Shown here one piece after another: positions 1-8,816 of a stretch of 58,842 nucleotides of DNA; position 1 is the stretch's first letter, and each line of letters starts with the position of its first letter. The notes beneath the pieces were generated by a model. That model saw only the letters and a program-made list of their open reading frames with translations, had not been told where the DNA came from and ran no database searches. A program made the position numbers and the translations under genes. The stretch comes from an uncultured Oscillospiraceae bacterium (GTDB lineage: Bacteria; Bacillota; Clostridia; Oscillospirales; Oscillospiraceae): NCBI GenBank assembly GCA_900763965.1, contig CAAFMG010000149.1, positions 1-58,842 on the forward strand, given 5' to 3'.

Positions 1-2
1 CA

Positions 3-458
3 ATGCGTGCACCCTTTCAAATACTTGCAATACCATATCGGATTGTCGATGGAACTCCAATGTACTGCGTTTTTCACCGTGCTGATCACGACCAATGGCA
101 GTTCATTGCCGGAGGCGGCGAGGACAACGAAACACCTTTGGCGGCAGCAAAAAGAGAAACCTTTGAGGAGGGTGGTGTACATTCTACTCAGTGGCTTGGA
201 TTGAAAAGTCTGTCGTATATTCCAGTTACGATCATATCAGAAATGCGTCGCAAACATTGGGACAGCAGCACCTATGTAATTCCTGAATATACTTTTGGCT
301 TTGAATGTCAAGATGATGTACGGCTATCTCCTGAACATACCGACTGCGTATGGTTGACCTACGACGAAGCAAATCAAAAACTCAAGTGGGACTCAAACCG
401 TACAGCACTCTACGAACTGAATTGTCGTTTGAAAAAAGCGAATGAAAAGGAGGCTTGA
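3..458 (+). CDS. NUDIX hydrolase (NudB/dATP pyrophosphohydrolase-like)
   Basis: Nudix box GGGEDNETPLAAAKRETFEEGG; C-terminal LSPEH...W motif; lower GC than the core genes. Confidence 0.85.
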   Translation: MRAPFQILAIPYRIVDGTPMYCVFHRADHDQWQFIAGGGEDNETPLAAAKRETFEEGGVHSTQWLGLKSLSYIPVTIISEMRRKHWDSSTYVIPEYTFGFECQDDVRLSPEHTDCVWLTYDEANQKLKWDSNRTALYELNCRLKKANEKEA

Positions 459-690
459 CGAAGTGAATCCGAAAGAAAATGACAATGAGATCATCGAACT
501 GACCGACGAGGAACTGGACGAGATTTTTGCCGACGATGATTTTCATAACGGCGAGGGGGACGGTGAAATCCGCTCGTTTTATTTCTCCTATCCTGACCCG
601 TATGCCAAAGCTCCGTGTGCAGAGCGAGGAAACCATGCGGTTGTGCAAGAAACGGCTGGCACAGGCTGTGAAGCGAATCGGCGAGCTTGA
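442..690 (+). CDS. Small acidic hypothetical ORF, probably truncated or fused at the junction with the recombinase remnant
   Basis: Acidic N-terminus (EIIELTDEELDEIFADDD); an AGGAGG at 448-453 suggests a start slightly downstream; the 3' part overlaps the recombinase remnant out of frame. Confidence 0.3.
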   Translation: MKRRLDEVNPKENDNEIIELTDEELDEIFADDDFHNGEGDGEIRSFYFSYPDPYAKAPCAERGNHAVVQETAGTGCEANRRA

Positions 691-1056
691 CCGCCTTTTC
701 ATCCGCATTTATGAGGACAATGTAGTTGGACGGCTGGACGATGAGCGCTTTGCAATGATGAGCAAGAACTACACCGAGGAACAGAAAGACCTCAAAGCCG
801 AGGTCAAGGGTCTGCAACAGCAAATCCGTGAACAGGAGCAGCAGGCAGAGAATATAGAGCAGTTTGTTTCAGCGGGTAAAGAGAAACAGCACCCTTACGG
901 AGCTGACCCCCTATGCCCTCAGAGAGCTTGTCAAGGCTGTTTATCGTAGATGCGCCCGATAAGTCCAGCGGCAAACGCAGGCAGAAGATACATATCGAAA
1001 ATGATCTCGTGGGCTACATCCCCGTGGATGAGCTGCTAAAAGCGGAACAGGCATGA
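605..1056 (+). pseudogene. C-terminal remnant of a large serine recombinase (TnpX-like, DUF4368 region) with two frameshifts
   Basis: KRIGELDRLFIRIYEDNVVGRLDDERFAMMSKNYTEEQ continues after +1 shifts near 869 and 945 as QRVKRNSTLTELTPYALRELVKAVY and VDAPDKSSGKRRQKIHIENDLVGYIP..EQA* (TGA 1054-1056); no catalytic N-terminus. Confidence 0.8.
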
Positions 1057-1102
1057 CCGAAATCATGCCTGCTTCAAAAAATTGGAATCGTGTCGTCTTG
1101 CC

Positions 1103-1133
1103 AGCCGGGAGAGGATTTCTCTCCCGGTTTTTT
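1103..1133. terminator. Intrinsic terminator hairpin
   Basis: CCGGGAGAG-gattt-CTCTCCCGG followed by a T-run. Confidence 0.7.
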
Positions 1134-1137
1134 GCGG

Positions 1138-1461
1138 TTATGGTTCTGCCTGGTATCGGATAAAGTCCAGGGTTAGATAGTCGAGATAAACGTATTTGTC
1201 CGGGGTTTGCCCCATGGTGACCCGGTGGCAGTGTACCAGCCAGACGTCGTGACCTTCCAGGGTGGTTTTCTGAATCTCAAATACATGGTTCCAGCTGCGG
1301 CCTTCCAGATAGATCCGATCCGGGTCGATGCGGATCAGTTCCAGGTGCCGGAAGCGGAAGGTGGGGAAGGCGTTTTGCACGCAGGCTTCAAAGAGGGCTT
1401 CTCCGTCCCGCACGCTGCAAAGCTCAAAGGTGTTGCGGATCATTGCACTGTAGTTTTCCAT
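1138..1461 (-). CDS. Hypothetical protein (107 aa)
   Basis: ATG at 1461 with GGAGG RBS, directly downstream of the thioesterase gene. Confidence 0.6.
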   Translation of the reverse strand: MENYSAMIRNTFELCSVRDGEALFEACVQNAFPTFRFRHLELIRIDPDRIYLEGRSWNHVFEIQKTTLEGHDVWLVHCHRVTMGQTPDKYVYLDYLTLDFIRYQAEP

Positions 1462-1495
1462 ACCATTGCCTCCTGTCTGTGGGTAGGGGGAGGGG

Positions 1496-1882
1496 TTACA
1501 GCTTGGCGTAGGCTCTGTCCAGGAATTTTTGGCTGTCCACAATAACACGGGTGTGGGTGCCCCGGCCGATTTCACCGGCTTCGTCATAGGCGTGAACGGC
1601 GAAGGTGATGACCTTGCCCTCCACGGCAGTGATTTCCGCTTCGGCACGAACCTCCAGGCCCACAGGGGTGGCGGAGATATGCTCAATGCTCAGGGCCGTG
1701 CCGACGGTGGTCTTGCCTTCGTCCAGCATTCCTTCCAGTGCCTCGCAGGCAGCGCCCTCCATCAGGGCGGTCATGCAGGGGGTGGCGTATACCAGCAGAT
1801 CCCCGGAGCCTACCTCCTTGGCGGTATCCTCCCGTTCTACCAGAGTGCCGACCTCTGCCTTTGTTCCAACAATGATTTCCAT
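1496..1882 (-). CDS. Hot-dog-fold thioesterase (FlK/fluoroacetyl-CoA thioesterase-like)
   Basis: VGSGDLLVYATPCMTALMEGAA, TVGT, HISATPVG and GRGTHTR motifs. Confidence 0.9.
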   Translation of the reverse strand: MEIIVGTKAEVGTLVEREDTAKEVGSGDLLVYATPCMTALMEGAACEALEGMLDEGKTTVGTALSIEHISATPVGLEVRAEAEITAVEGKVITFAVHAYDEAGEIGRGTHTRVIVDSQKFLDRAYAKL

Positions 1883-2005
1883 TGGTATCACATCCTTTTT
1901 CTGGTTTCTTATGATCAATAATACCTGAAATCCAGGCTGCTGTCAATGGATTCTGGGGCACAATGCGCTTTTTCTGCCAAATCCGGAAGCCGCCGGGAAA
2001 AGGGC

Positions 2006-2034
2006 TTGCCAAGTGGTTGGCCATGGGCTATAAT
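2006..2034 (+). promoter_or_regulatory. SigA-type promoter of pncB
   Basis: TTGCCA-N17-TATAAT. Confidence 0.65.
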
Positions 2035-2065
2035 GGGGATAATCTACCAATGTGAGGTGTATGTT

Positions 2066-3514
2066 ATGACCATTCACGACGAACTCAATTTGACCATGCT
2101 GTGCGATTTTTATGAGCTGACCATGGGTCAGGGATACTTTGCCCACGGTTATCAAGATCGCATCACCTATTTTGACCTGTTTTTCCGGCGCTGTCCCGAT
2201 GGCGGCGGATTTGCCATTGCGGCGGGTCTGGAGCAGATCGTGCAGTACATTCAGCGGCTGCACTTCTCCGACGAGGACATTGCCTATCTGCGGGGCCGGA
2301 ATCTCTTCTCCGAGGAATTCCTGACCTATCTGAGAAACTTTAAGTTTACCGGCGATATCTGGGCTGTTCCCGAGGGAACCCCTGTGTTCCCCAGAGAGCC
2401 CATCATCACCGTCCGGGCGCCTGCCATTCAGGCTCAGCTCATTGAGACCTATCTTCTGCTGTGTGTCAACCATCAGAGCCTGATTGCCACCAAGGCCAAC
2501 CGGGTGATCCGGGCCGCAGAGGGCCGCACCGTTCTGGAATTCGGTTCCCGCCGGGCCCAGGGTGCCGATGCCGCCATTCTGGGTGCCCGGGCTGCCTATA
2601 TCGGCGGCTGCCACGGCACTGCCTGCACCATTTCCGACCAGCTGTTCGGCGTGAAGGCCGGCGGCACCATGGCTCACTCCTGGGTGCAGATGTTCGATAC
2701 CGAATATGAGGCATTCAAGGCATACGCCCAGATGTACCCCACCAACTGCACCCTGTTGGTGGACACCTACAACACTTTGAAGTCCGGCGTTCCCAATGCC
2801 ATCCGGGTGTTCAATGAGGTGCTCAAGCCCATGGGCATCACCAAGTGCGGCATCCGTCTGGACTCCGGCGATATGGCCTACATGACCCAGCAGGCAAGAA
2901 AGATGCTGGACGAGGCAGGCTGGACCGGCTGCCAGATCTCCGTTTCCAACTCGCTGGACGAGTATATCATCCGGGATGTTCTGAGCCAGGGAGCAAAAAT
3001 TGATATGTTTGGCGTGGGCGAACGGCTGATCACTGCCCGTTCCGAGCCTGTGTTCGGCGGTGTGTACAAGCTGGTGGCTCTGGAAAAAGAGGACGGCACC
3101 GTGGTTCCCAAGATCAAGATCTCCGAGAACGTGGGCAAGATCACCAACCCCCACTATAAGAAGGTGTACCGCTTCATCGGCAACGACACCGGCAAGGCCA
3201 TTGCAGACTACATCTGCGTCTATGACGAGGTGGTGGATGACTCCAAGAATATTGAAATCTTCGATCCCGAGGCAACCTGGAAGACCAAGACGGTGTACAA
3301 CTACACCGCCAAGGAGCTGCAGGTTCCCATTTTCCGCAACGGTGAGCTGGTGTATCAGCTGCCCACTCTGGAGGAGATCCGCACCTACTGCCTGGAGCAG
3401 GTGGATACCCTGTGGGATGAGTACAAGCGCTTTGACAATCCCCAGACCTATTATGTGGATCTGAGCCAGAAGCTCTGGGATATCAAGTACAACCTGCTGA
3501 AGAACAATGCGTAA
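2066..3514 (+). CDS. pncB: Nicotinate phosphoribosyltransferase
   Basis: DFYELTM, EFGSRRAQG, GTMAHSW, LVDTY, IRLDSGD and GGVYKLV motifs. Confidence 0.97.
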   Translation: MTIHDELNLTMLCDFYELTMGQGYFAHGYQDRITYFDLFFRRCPDGGGFAIAAGLEQIVQYIQRLHFSDEDIAYLRGRNLFSEEFLTYLRNFKFTGDIWAVPEGTPVFPREPIITVRAPAIQAQLIETYLLLCVNHQSLIATKANRVIRAAEGRTVLEFGSRRAQGADAAILGARAAYIGGCHGTACTISDQLFGVKAGGTMAHSWVQMFDTEYEAFKAYAQMYPTNCTLLVDTYNTLKSGVPNAIRVFNEVLKPMGITKCGIRLDSGDMAYMTQQARKMLDEAGWTGCQISVSNSLDEYIIRDVLSQGAKIDMFGVGERLITARSEPVFGGVYKLVALEKEDGTVVPKIKISENVGKITNPHYKKVYRFIGNDTGKAIADYICVYDEVVDDSKNIEIFDPEATWKTKTVYNYTAKELQVPIFRNGELVYQLPTLEEIRTYCLEQVDTLWDEYKRFDNPQTYYVDLSQKLWDIKYNLLKNNA

Positions 3515-4007
3515 TCGGACGTACCCCATTGCGCTGGGCGGTATGCTGGCAGCGGCTTCGGTGGTCATCATGTCCATCGGCACCATTGTGCCGGTAGCCA
3601 CCTATGCCGCCCCGGTGGTGTGCATGATGGTGGGACAGGTGGTGCTGAAGCTCTGCGGCAGCCGGATTGCCTGGGCCTGGTATGCCGCCGTGACCATTCT
3701 TTCGGCGCTGCTGGCCCCGGATAAGGAAGCGGCAGCGGTCTTCGCGGTGCTGGGCTACTATCCCATTCTCAAACCAAAGTTGGATGGCAAAAAGGCCAAG
3801 TGGCTTTGGAAGGCCCTGTTTTTCAACGGCAGCATCCTGCTGCTGTACTGGGCGGCGCTGACGCTTCTGGGCATCCGGCAGCTGGAGGCAGAATTTGCCG
3901 AACTGGGCCGGGCAATGACGGCGGTACTGCTGGTTTTGGGAAATGTGACCTTTTTCGCCCTGGATCGGGTTTTGGAAAAGGGATTCCGAATCGCCAAAAA
4001 GAAATAA
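3507..4007 (+). CDS. Hypothetical integral membrane protein
   Basis: About 5 hydrophobic segments; overlaps the pncB stop. Confidence 0.75.
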   Translation: MRNRTYPIALGGMLAAASVVIMSIGTIVPVATYAAPVVCMMVGQVVLKLCGSRIAWAWYAAVTILSALLAPDKEAAAVFAVLGYYPILKPKLDGKKAKWLWKALFFNGSILLLYWAALTLLGIRQLEAEFAELGRAMTAVLLVLGNVTFFALDRVLEKGFRIAKKK

Positions 4008-4081
4008 GGGCTGGAAACAGTTTGGGCATGGAGCTTCGGCCCCATGCCCATTTTTTAGAGTTTCCTCAGGTTTTAAGAATT

Positions 4082-4333
4082 ATGGATCAAATCTGGTATT
4101 TGTATATCCTGTCCTGCGGGGACGGAAGCCTGTACACCGGCATTACCACCGATGTGGAAAAGCGGCTGGAAGCCCATAGACAGGGCAGAGGAGCCAAGTA
4201 CACCCGGGGCAGAGGGCCGCTGACCCTGCGTTATCAGGAGGTTTGCGGCACCCATTCCCAGGCACTGCGCCGGGAACTGGCGGTGAAAAAGCTCAGCCGG
4301 GAGGAAAAGGAGCGGCTCATTGCCGCCTTATAG
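4082..4333 (+). CDS. Small GIY-YIG nuclease (UPF0213/YazA-like)
   Basis: WYLYILSCGDGSLYTGITTDVEKRL..H..GRGAKYTRGRGP. Confidence 0.92.
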   Translation: MDQIWYLYILSCGDGSLYTGITTDVEKRLEAHRQGRGAKYTRGRGPLTLRYQEVCGTHSQALRRELAVKKLSREEKERLIAAL

Positions 4334-5005
4334 CACCACCGGCACCCGCTTGCCGATGACCATGGCCGTTTCCGTCACGGTGCAGTCCATGGCCAGAACC
4401 TGCACACCGGCGGCAGCGGCTTCCCGAAGGGCTTTGCCAAAGGCCGGGTCGGTGGCATCGTTGGGATGCAGACAGGAAACATCGGTCATCTGAATGACAA
4501 ACAGCACATAGCCACCATAGCCTTCCGCAACGCATTGCTGAAGCCCCCGCAGGTGCTTGGCACCCCGCTGGGTGGGGGCATCTGGGAAGGCACAGACGCC
4601 GTCCTGCTCCAAGGTTACGCCCTTTACCTCCAAAAAGCAGGGCTTTCCTGCCAGGGTAAAGGAAAAATCAAACCGGGAGTCCCCATGTACCGTCTCCGCC
4701 CGGACATTCTCCACCGGCCCCAGGCCGCCGGACAGCAGCCATTCCTTCACCGCCTGATTGGGAGCCTGGGAGTCCATGTTGATGAGCCGCTGCCCCTTGT
4801 ACACCGATATCAGGTCGTAGCCGGTTTTGCGGGCGGGATTCTGGGATCTCTGACACAGCACCCTGGCCCCTTCCGAAAGCAGCTCCCGGCAGCGGCCGGT
4901 GTTTTTGACGTGGACGATTTCCTCCCGGCCGCCAATCTGCACATGGGCAATAAACCGATTGGGCCGGGACAGGAAGATCCCCGGCTGCATATTTGCGTAT
5001 TCCAT
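4328..5005 (-). CDS. sfsA: DNA/RNA nuclease SfsA (sugar fermentation stimulation protein)
   Basis: RPNRF, HVKNTGRCRELL, SRFDF, LEVKGVTL and FPDAPTQRGAKHL motifs. Confidence 0.95.
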   Translation of the reverse strand: MEYANMQPGIFLSRPNRFIAHVQIGGREEIVHVKNTGRCRELLSEGARVLCQRSQNPARKTGYDLISVYKGQRLINMDSQAPNQAVKEWLLSGGLGPVENVRAETVHGDSRFDFSFTLAGKPCFLEVKGVTLEQDGVCAFPDAPTQRGAKHLRGLQQCVAEGYGGYVLFVIQMTDVSCLHPNDATDPAFGKALREAAAAGVQVLAMDCTVTETAMVIGKRVPVVL

Positions 5006-5086
5006 GCCATCCCCTCCATGACAGCCATTATACTATAGCCTGTCAAAAAAGGGAAGTCAGGGTGGAAATTTGCGATGCTTCATGAT

Positions 5087-5102
5087 ATACTATATTTAAT
5101 AT
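5087..5102 (+). promoter_or_regulatory. Possible NrdR box overlapping the -10 of nrdG
   Basis: ATACTATATTTAATAT resembles the NrdR consensus acaCwAtATaTwGtgt with several mismatches, upstream of nrdG-dut. Confidence 0.3.
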
Positions 5103-5125
5103 CGACAAAAAAGGGAGTGACCACC

Positions 5126-5674
5126 ATGAACTATGCAAACATCAAAAATTGTGACATTGCCAACGGCCCCGGCGTGCGGGTCAGCCTGTTTGTCTCCGGC
5201 TGCACCCACCACTGCCCCGGCTGCTTCAACCAGGTGGCCTGGGACTTTGCCTATGGCCAGCCCTTTACGGAGCAGACCATTCAGACCATTCTGGATATGC
5301 TTCGTCCCGACTACATCCGCGGCCTGACCCTGCTGGGCGGCGAGCCCTTTGAGCCCCAGAATCAGGGGGCTGTTGTGGCGCTTCTGCGGCGGATCAAGGC
5401 AGAAATGCCGGAAAAAACGATATGGGCATTTACCGGCTACCTTCTGGAGAAGGATCTTCTCTCCGGTCGGCTGGGGGACACCCGGGAATATCTGAGCTAT
5501 CTGGATGTTCTGGTGGACGGCCCCTTTATTGAAGCGAAGAAGAACCTGAACCTGCAATTCCGGGGTTCGGAAAACCAGCGCATCATTGATATGCGGGCAA
5601 CCCTGCGGGAGGGAAAGACCATCCTGTGGGAGGATGAGAAAGGAATGAGAGAAAATGGCGCCTATTCCCGTTAA
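5126..5674 (+). CDS. nrdG: Anaerobic ribonucleotide reductase activating protein (radical SAM)
   Basis: DIANGPGVRVSLFVSGCTHHCPGCFN (CxxxCxxC), LGGEPF, FRGSENQRII. Confidence 0.95.
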   Translation: MNYANIKNCDIANGPGVRVSLFVSGCTHHCPGCFNQVAWDFAYGQPFTEQTIQTILDMLRPDYIRGLTLLGGEPFEPQNQGAVVALLRRIKAEMPEKTIWAFTGYLLEKDLLSGRLGDTREYLSYLDVLVDGPFIEAKKNLNLQFRGSENQRIIDMRATLREGKTILWEDEKGMRENGAYSR

Positions 5675-6092
5675 GATCCTGCGGCAGGGGGCGATCCTGC
5701 CCACCTACGGAAGCTGCGAGGCGGCAGGTGCGGATCTGTATGCCTGCCTGGAAGCCCCTGTGACCATTGAACCGGGGAAGACGGCCTTTGTGCCTACGGG
5801 CATCGCCATGGAAGTTCCCAAGGGCTGTGCCGGGCTTGTCTACGCCCGCAGCGGCTTGGCCTGCAAGCGGGGTCTGGCACCGGCCAACAAGGTCGGCGTG
5901 GTGGACAGCGACTACCGGGGAGAGATCATGGTGGCCCTGCACAACCACGCAAGCACTCCCCAGCGCATTGAAAATGGGGAGCGGATCGCCCAAATGGTCA
6001 TCACCCCTGTGCTGACTCCGGAATACCGGATCGTGCCGGAGCTGTCCGATACCAGCCGGGGAGCCGGCGGATTTGGATCTACTGGCAAATAA
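5655..6092 (+). CDS. dut: dUTP diphosphatase
   Basis: AGADL, RSGLA, GVVDSDYRGE and RGAGGFGSTG motifs. Confidence 0.97.
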   Translation: MAPIPVKILRQGAILPTYGSCEAAGADLYACLEAPVTIEPGKTAFVPTGIAMEVPKGCAGLVYARSGLACKRGLAPANKVGVVDSDYRGEIMVALHNHASTPQRIENGERIAQMVITPVLTPEYRIVPELSDTSRGAGGFGSTGK

Positions 6093-6219
6093 AGCAGTGA
6101 AAAGGGATAAAAATTCGTTCAAAAATCACTGGAAAATTGACTGTACTTTTTCCGCAAAAACCGTATAATTGTATTATGCCCTTTTTCGGGCGTTAAAAAG
6201 AAAAAACGGGGTTTTCATT

Positions 6220-8025
6220 ATGGAAATATTGAGTGCCATTATCCAGCTGCTGGGTGGCTTAGCCATGTTCCTGTATGGTATGGAACTGATGGGCGACGGC
6301 CTGAAAAACTCATCCGGTGATGCACTGAAACGCGTTCTGGAAAAAGTGACCAGCAACGTGGTTCTGGGCGTTCTCACCGGTGCGCTGGTGACGGCAGTGA
6401 TCCAGAGTTCCACCGCAACCATTGTCCTGTCCGTTGCCCTGATCGGTGCCGGTGTGCTGAATCTGAAGCAGGCCGTTTCCATCGTCATGGGCGCCAACAT
6501 CGGTACCACCGTTACCGCTCAGCTGATCCGCCTGGGCTCCATTGAGTCTGACGGCAGCTGGCTGCTGTGGCTGTTTGACACGGATACCCTGGCTCCCTTG
6601 GCACTGATCGCCGGTATCCTCTTTGTCATGTTCATCAAGACAAAGGCTTCCAAGCCCCTGGGTGATATTTTCATGGGCTTCGGCATCCTGTTCATCGGCC
6701 TGAACCTGATGACGGCAGCGGTCCACCCCCTGGCTGAGACTGCGGCATTCACCAGCATTCTCATGAGCCTGAGCAACCCCATCTGGGGCATTTTCGTGGG
6801 TCTGGTGCTGACGGTGATCGTCCAGAGCTCCTCGGCTACGGTGGGTATGCTCCAAGCCATAGCGGTGACGGGCACACTGAACTTTGCCACGGTGTATCCC
6901 GTGATTATGGGTATCAACCTGGGTACCTGCGTGATCACCGCCTTCTACTGCACCGTGGGCGCAGGCAACTCCGGCAAGGATGCCCAGCGTACCGGCTTTG
7001 TTCACATTGCCTTCAATACCATCGGCACGGTGCTGTTCCTGGTGGTCATGAGCATCCTGCAATCCCACAATGTCTTTGGCACGGCATTCTGGCATCATCC
7101 CGTGGACAGCGGCGGCATCGCCAATTTCCAGACGGTGTTCAATCTGCTCACCGCCATTGTGCTGATCCCCTTTAATGGGCAGCTGGTGAAGCTGGCAATG
7201 GTGGTCATCCGGGAGGACAAGGTCAATCCCCACAACCATCCTGAGCTGTACACCCTGAATGGAAACCTGTATATTTCTCCTGCTGTGGCTGTGGGTGAGG
7301 CTACCAAGGCTGTGTCCTCCATGGGCCGCATTGCTGCTGACAACTTCATGCGCTGCTGCAATACCCTGGTGACAAAGGATAAGTCCCAGATGGCGCAGAT
7401 CGAGCTGGATGAGGACAACCTGGATCGCTTTGCCGACCGTGCGGATAACTTCCTCATCGGCCTGAGCAAGGTGGTGGAGAACGAAGCAGACGACCGTCAG
7501 GTGGATGTTCTGATGCAGACAGTCCATAGCTTTGAGCGTGTGGGCGACTACGGCATCAACCTGGTGGAGCTGACGGAACGGCTGGAAAAGGAAAATGTGG
7601 ATTTTTCCAGCCTGGCCAAGCGGGAGCTGCTGCTGCTGTGTCAGGCGGTTAAGGAGATCATGGACATCACGTTGGATGCCTTTGACCGCAACGACAACGA
7701 GGCAGCCAAGAAGATCGAGCCTCTGGAGGAGACCATTGACGACATGGTGCGCATCCTCCGGGATCGTCACACCAAGCGCCTGAAGGCAGGCACCTGCTCC
7801 ATTCCCAGCGGCCTGGTATTCATGGAAGCCCTGACCAACCTGGAGCGTGCGGCAGACCACTGCTCCTCCATTGCGGTAATGATGCTGGCCAGAACCAATG
7901 AGGCCATCCTCAATAACCACTATGAGTACCTGCGGGTGATCCACTCCGGCAACGATGCTGCCTATCGGGAAGAGCGCAACCGCCGCCGGGAGCAGTATAT
8001 TCTCCCGCTGAAGGATAAGCACTAA
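6220..8025 (+). CDS. Na/Pi cotransporter family protein with C-terminal PhoU-like domains
   Basis: Two QSSS/T repeats (IQSSTAT, VQSSSAT), GANIGTT and GINLGT; ERVGDY and ERAADH PhoU motifs. Confidence 0.93.
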   Translation: MEILSAIIQLLGGLAMFLYGMELMGDGLKNSSGDALKRVLEKVTSNVVLGVLTGALVTAVIQSSTATIVLSVALIGAGVLNLKQAVSIVMGANIGTTVTAQLIRLGSIESDGSWLLWLFDTDTLAPLALIAGILFVMFIKTKASKPLGDIFMGFGILFIGLNLMTAAVHPLAETAAFTSILMSLSNPIWGIFVGLVLTVIVQSSSATVGMLQAIAVTGTLNFATVYPVIMGINLGTCVITAFYCTVGAGNSGKDAQRTGFVHIAFNTIGTVLFLVVMSILQSHNVFGTAFWHHPVDSGGIANFQTVFNLLTAIVLIPFNGQLVKLAMVVIREDKVNPHNHPELYTLNGNLYISPAVAVGEATKAVSSMGRIAADNFMRCCNTLVTKDKSQMAQIELDEDNLDRFADRADNFLIGLSKVVENEADDRQVDVLMQTVHSFERVGDYGINLVELTERLEKENVDFSSLAKRELLLLCQAVKEIMDITLDAFDRNDNEAAKKIEPLEETIDDMVRILRDRHTKRLKAGTCSIPSGLVFMEALTNLERAADHCSSIAVMMLARTNEAILNNHYEYLRVIHSGNDAAYREERNRRREQYILPLKDKH

Positions 8026-8045
8026 TCGCATACTGCCTCAATAAC

Positions 8046-8082
8046 GAAAACGCCCCGGAAGGCTTTCCTTCCGGGGCGAAAC
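8046..8082. terminator. Terminator between convergent genes
   Basis: CGCCCCGGAA-ggctttcc-TTCCGGGGCG. Confidence 0.7.
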
Positions 8083-8095
8083 GCATCTATGAAGG

Positions 8096-8695
8096 CTAGT
8101 TCGCCTCTTTTTCCCTGCAAAGCCGTTCCTGTTCTTGGGCAACGGTGCTTTCGCAGGCACGCATGGCCTGAATGGTTTTTTCCATCAGTTCCTCCAGGCT
8201 CCAGCCCAGAGCTTCGGCCCCCTTCCGGATGACCTCCCGGGAGCATCCGGCGGCGAACTTCTTATCCTTGAACTTCTTTTTCAGACTGCTGACCTCCATA
8301 TCGGAGACGGACTTGCTGGGGCGCATTCTGGCGGCGGCGCCGATGAGCCCGGTCAGTTCATCTGCGGCAAAGAGCACCTTTTCCATGGTGTGTTCCGGGG
8401 CAACATCGCTGCACAGACCATAGCCGTGGGAGCAGATGGCGTGAACCATGGCCTCCGGGGCCTGAATTTGTGCCAGAAGCTCCGGGGCCTTTTGGCAGTG
8501 CTGGTCGGGGAACTGCTCAAAGTCCACATCGTGCAAAAGACCGCACAGCGCCCAGAAATCGGCTTCCTGGCCGTAGCCCAGCTCCCGGGCATACCAGTCC
8601 ATGACACCTTCTACAGTGAGGGCGTGGAGGATATGGAAGGGTTCTTTGTTGTACTGCATCAGCAGATCCAGTGCCTGCTGTCTTGTGATGTCCAT
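8096..8695 (-). CDS. HD-superfamily hydrolase (COG2316-like)
   Basis: HALTVEGVM, LLHDVDF, HAICSH, ADELTGLI and KKKFKDKKFAAG motifs. Confidence 0.9.
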   Translation of the reverse strand: MDITRQQALDLLMQYNKEPFHILHALTVEGVMDWYARELGYGQEADFWALCGLLHDVDFEQFPDQHCQKAPELLAQIQAPEAMVHAICSHGYGLCSDVAPEHTMEKVLFAADELTGLIGAAARMRPSKSVSDMEVSSLKKKFKDKKFAAGCSREVIRKGAEALGWSLEELMEKTIQAMRACESTVAQEQERLCREKEAN

Positions 8696-8816
8696 AAACA
8701 TCCCTCCTGAAATGAATTGCCTCTATTTTACGCAGGGCGGTGGGATTTGTCAACCTATGAAAAATAGGGTAGAATATTTTTTCGTTTTGTGCTATGGTAA
8801 ATAGGAGGTGAGTGCT

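Larger units (their letters stand above)
1..1110. mobile_element. Right end of a decayed integrative/mobilizable element
   Basis: Cargo NUDIX gene plus recombinase remnant ending in inverted repeat CAGGCATGA-ccgaaa-TCATGCCTG (1048-1071); codon style changes after ~1130. Confidence 0.55.

Noticed and set aside
1462..1686. N-terminal extension of the 1138-1686 ORF
   Set aside because: It overlaps the thioesterase out of frame; the RBS supports ATG 1461.
4082..5005. GIY-YIG + SfsA as a defence nuclease pair
   Set aside because: Convergent, separately transcribed, common housekeeping families.
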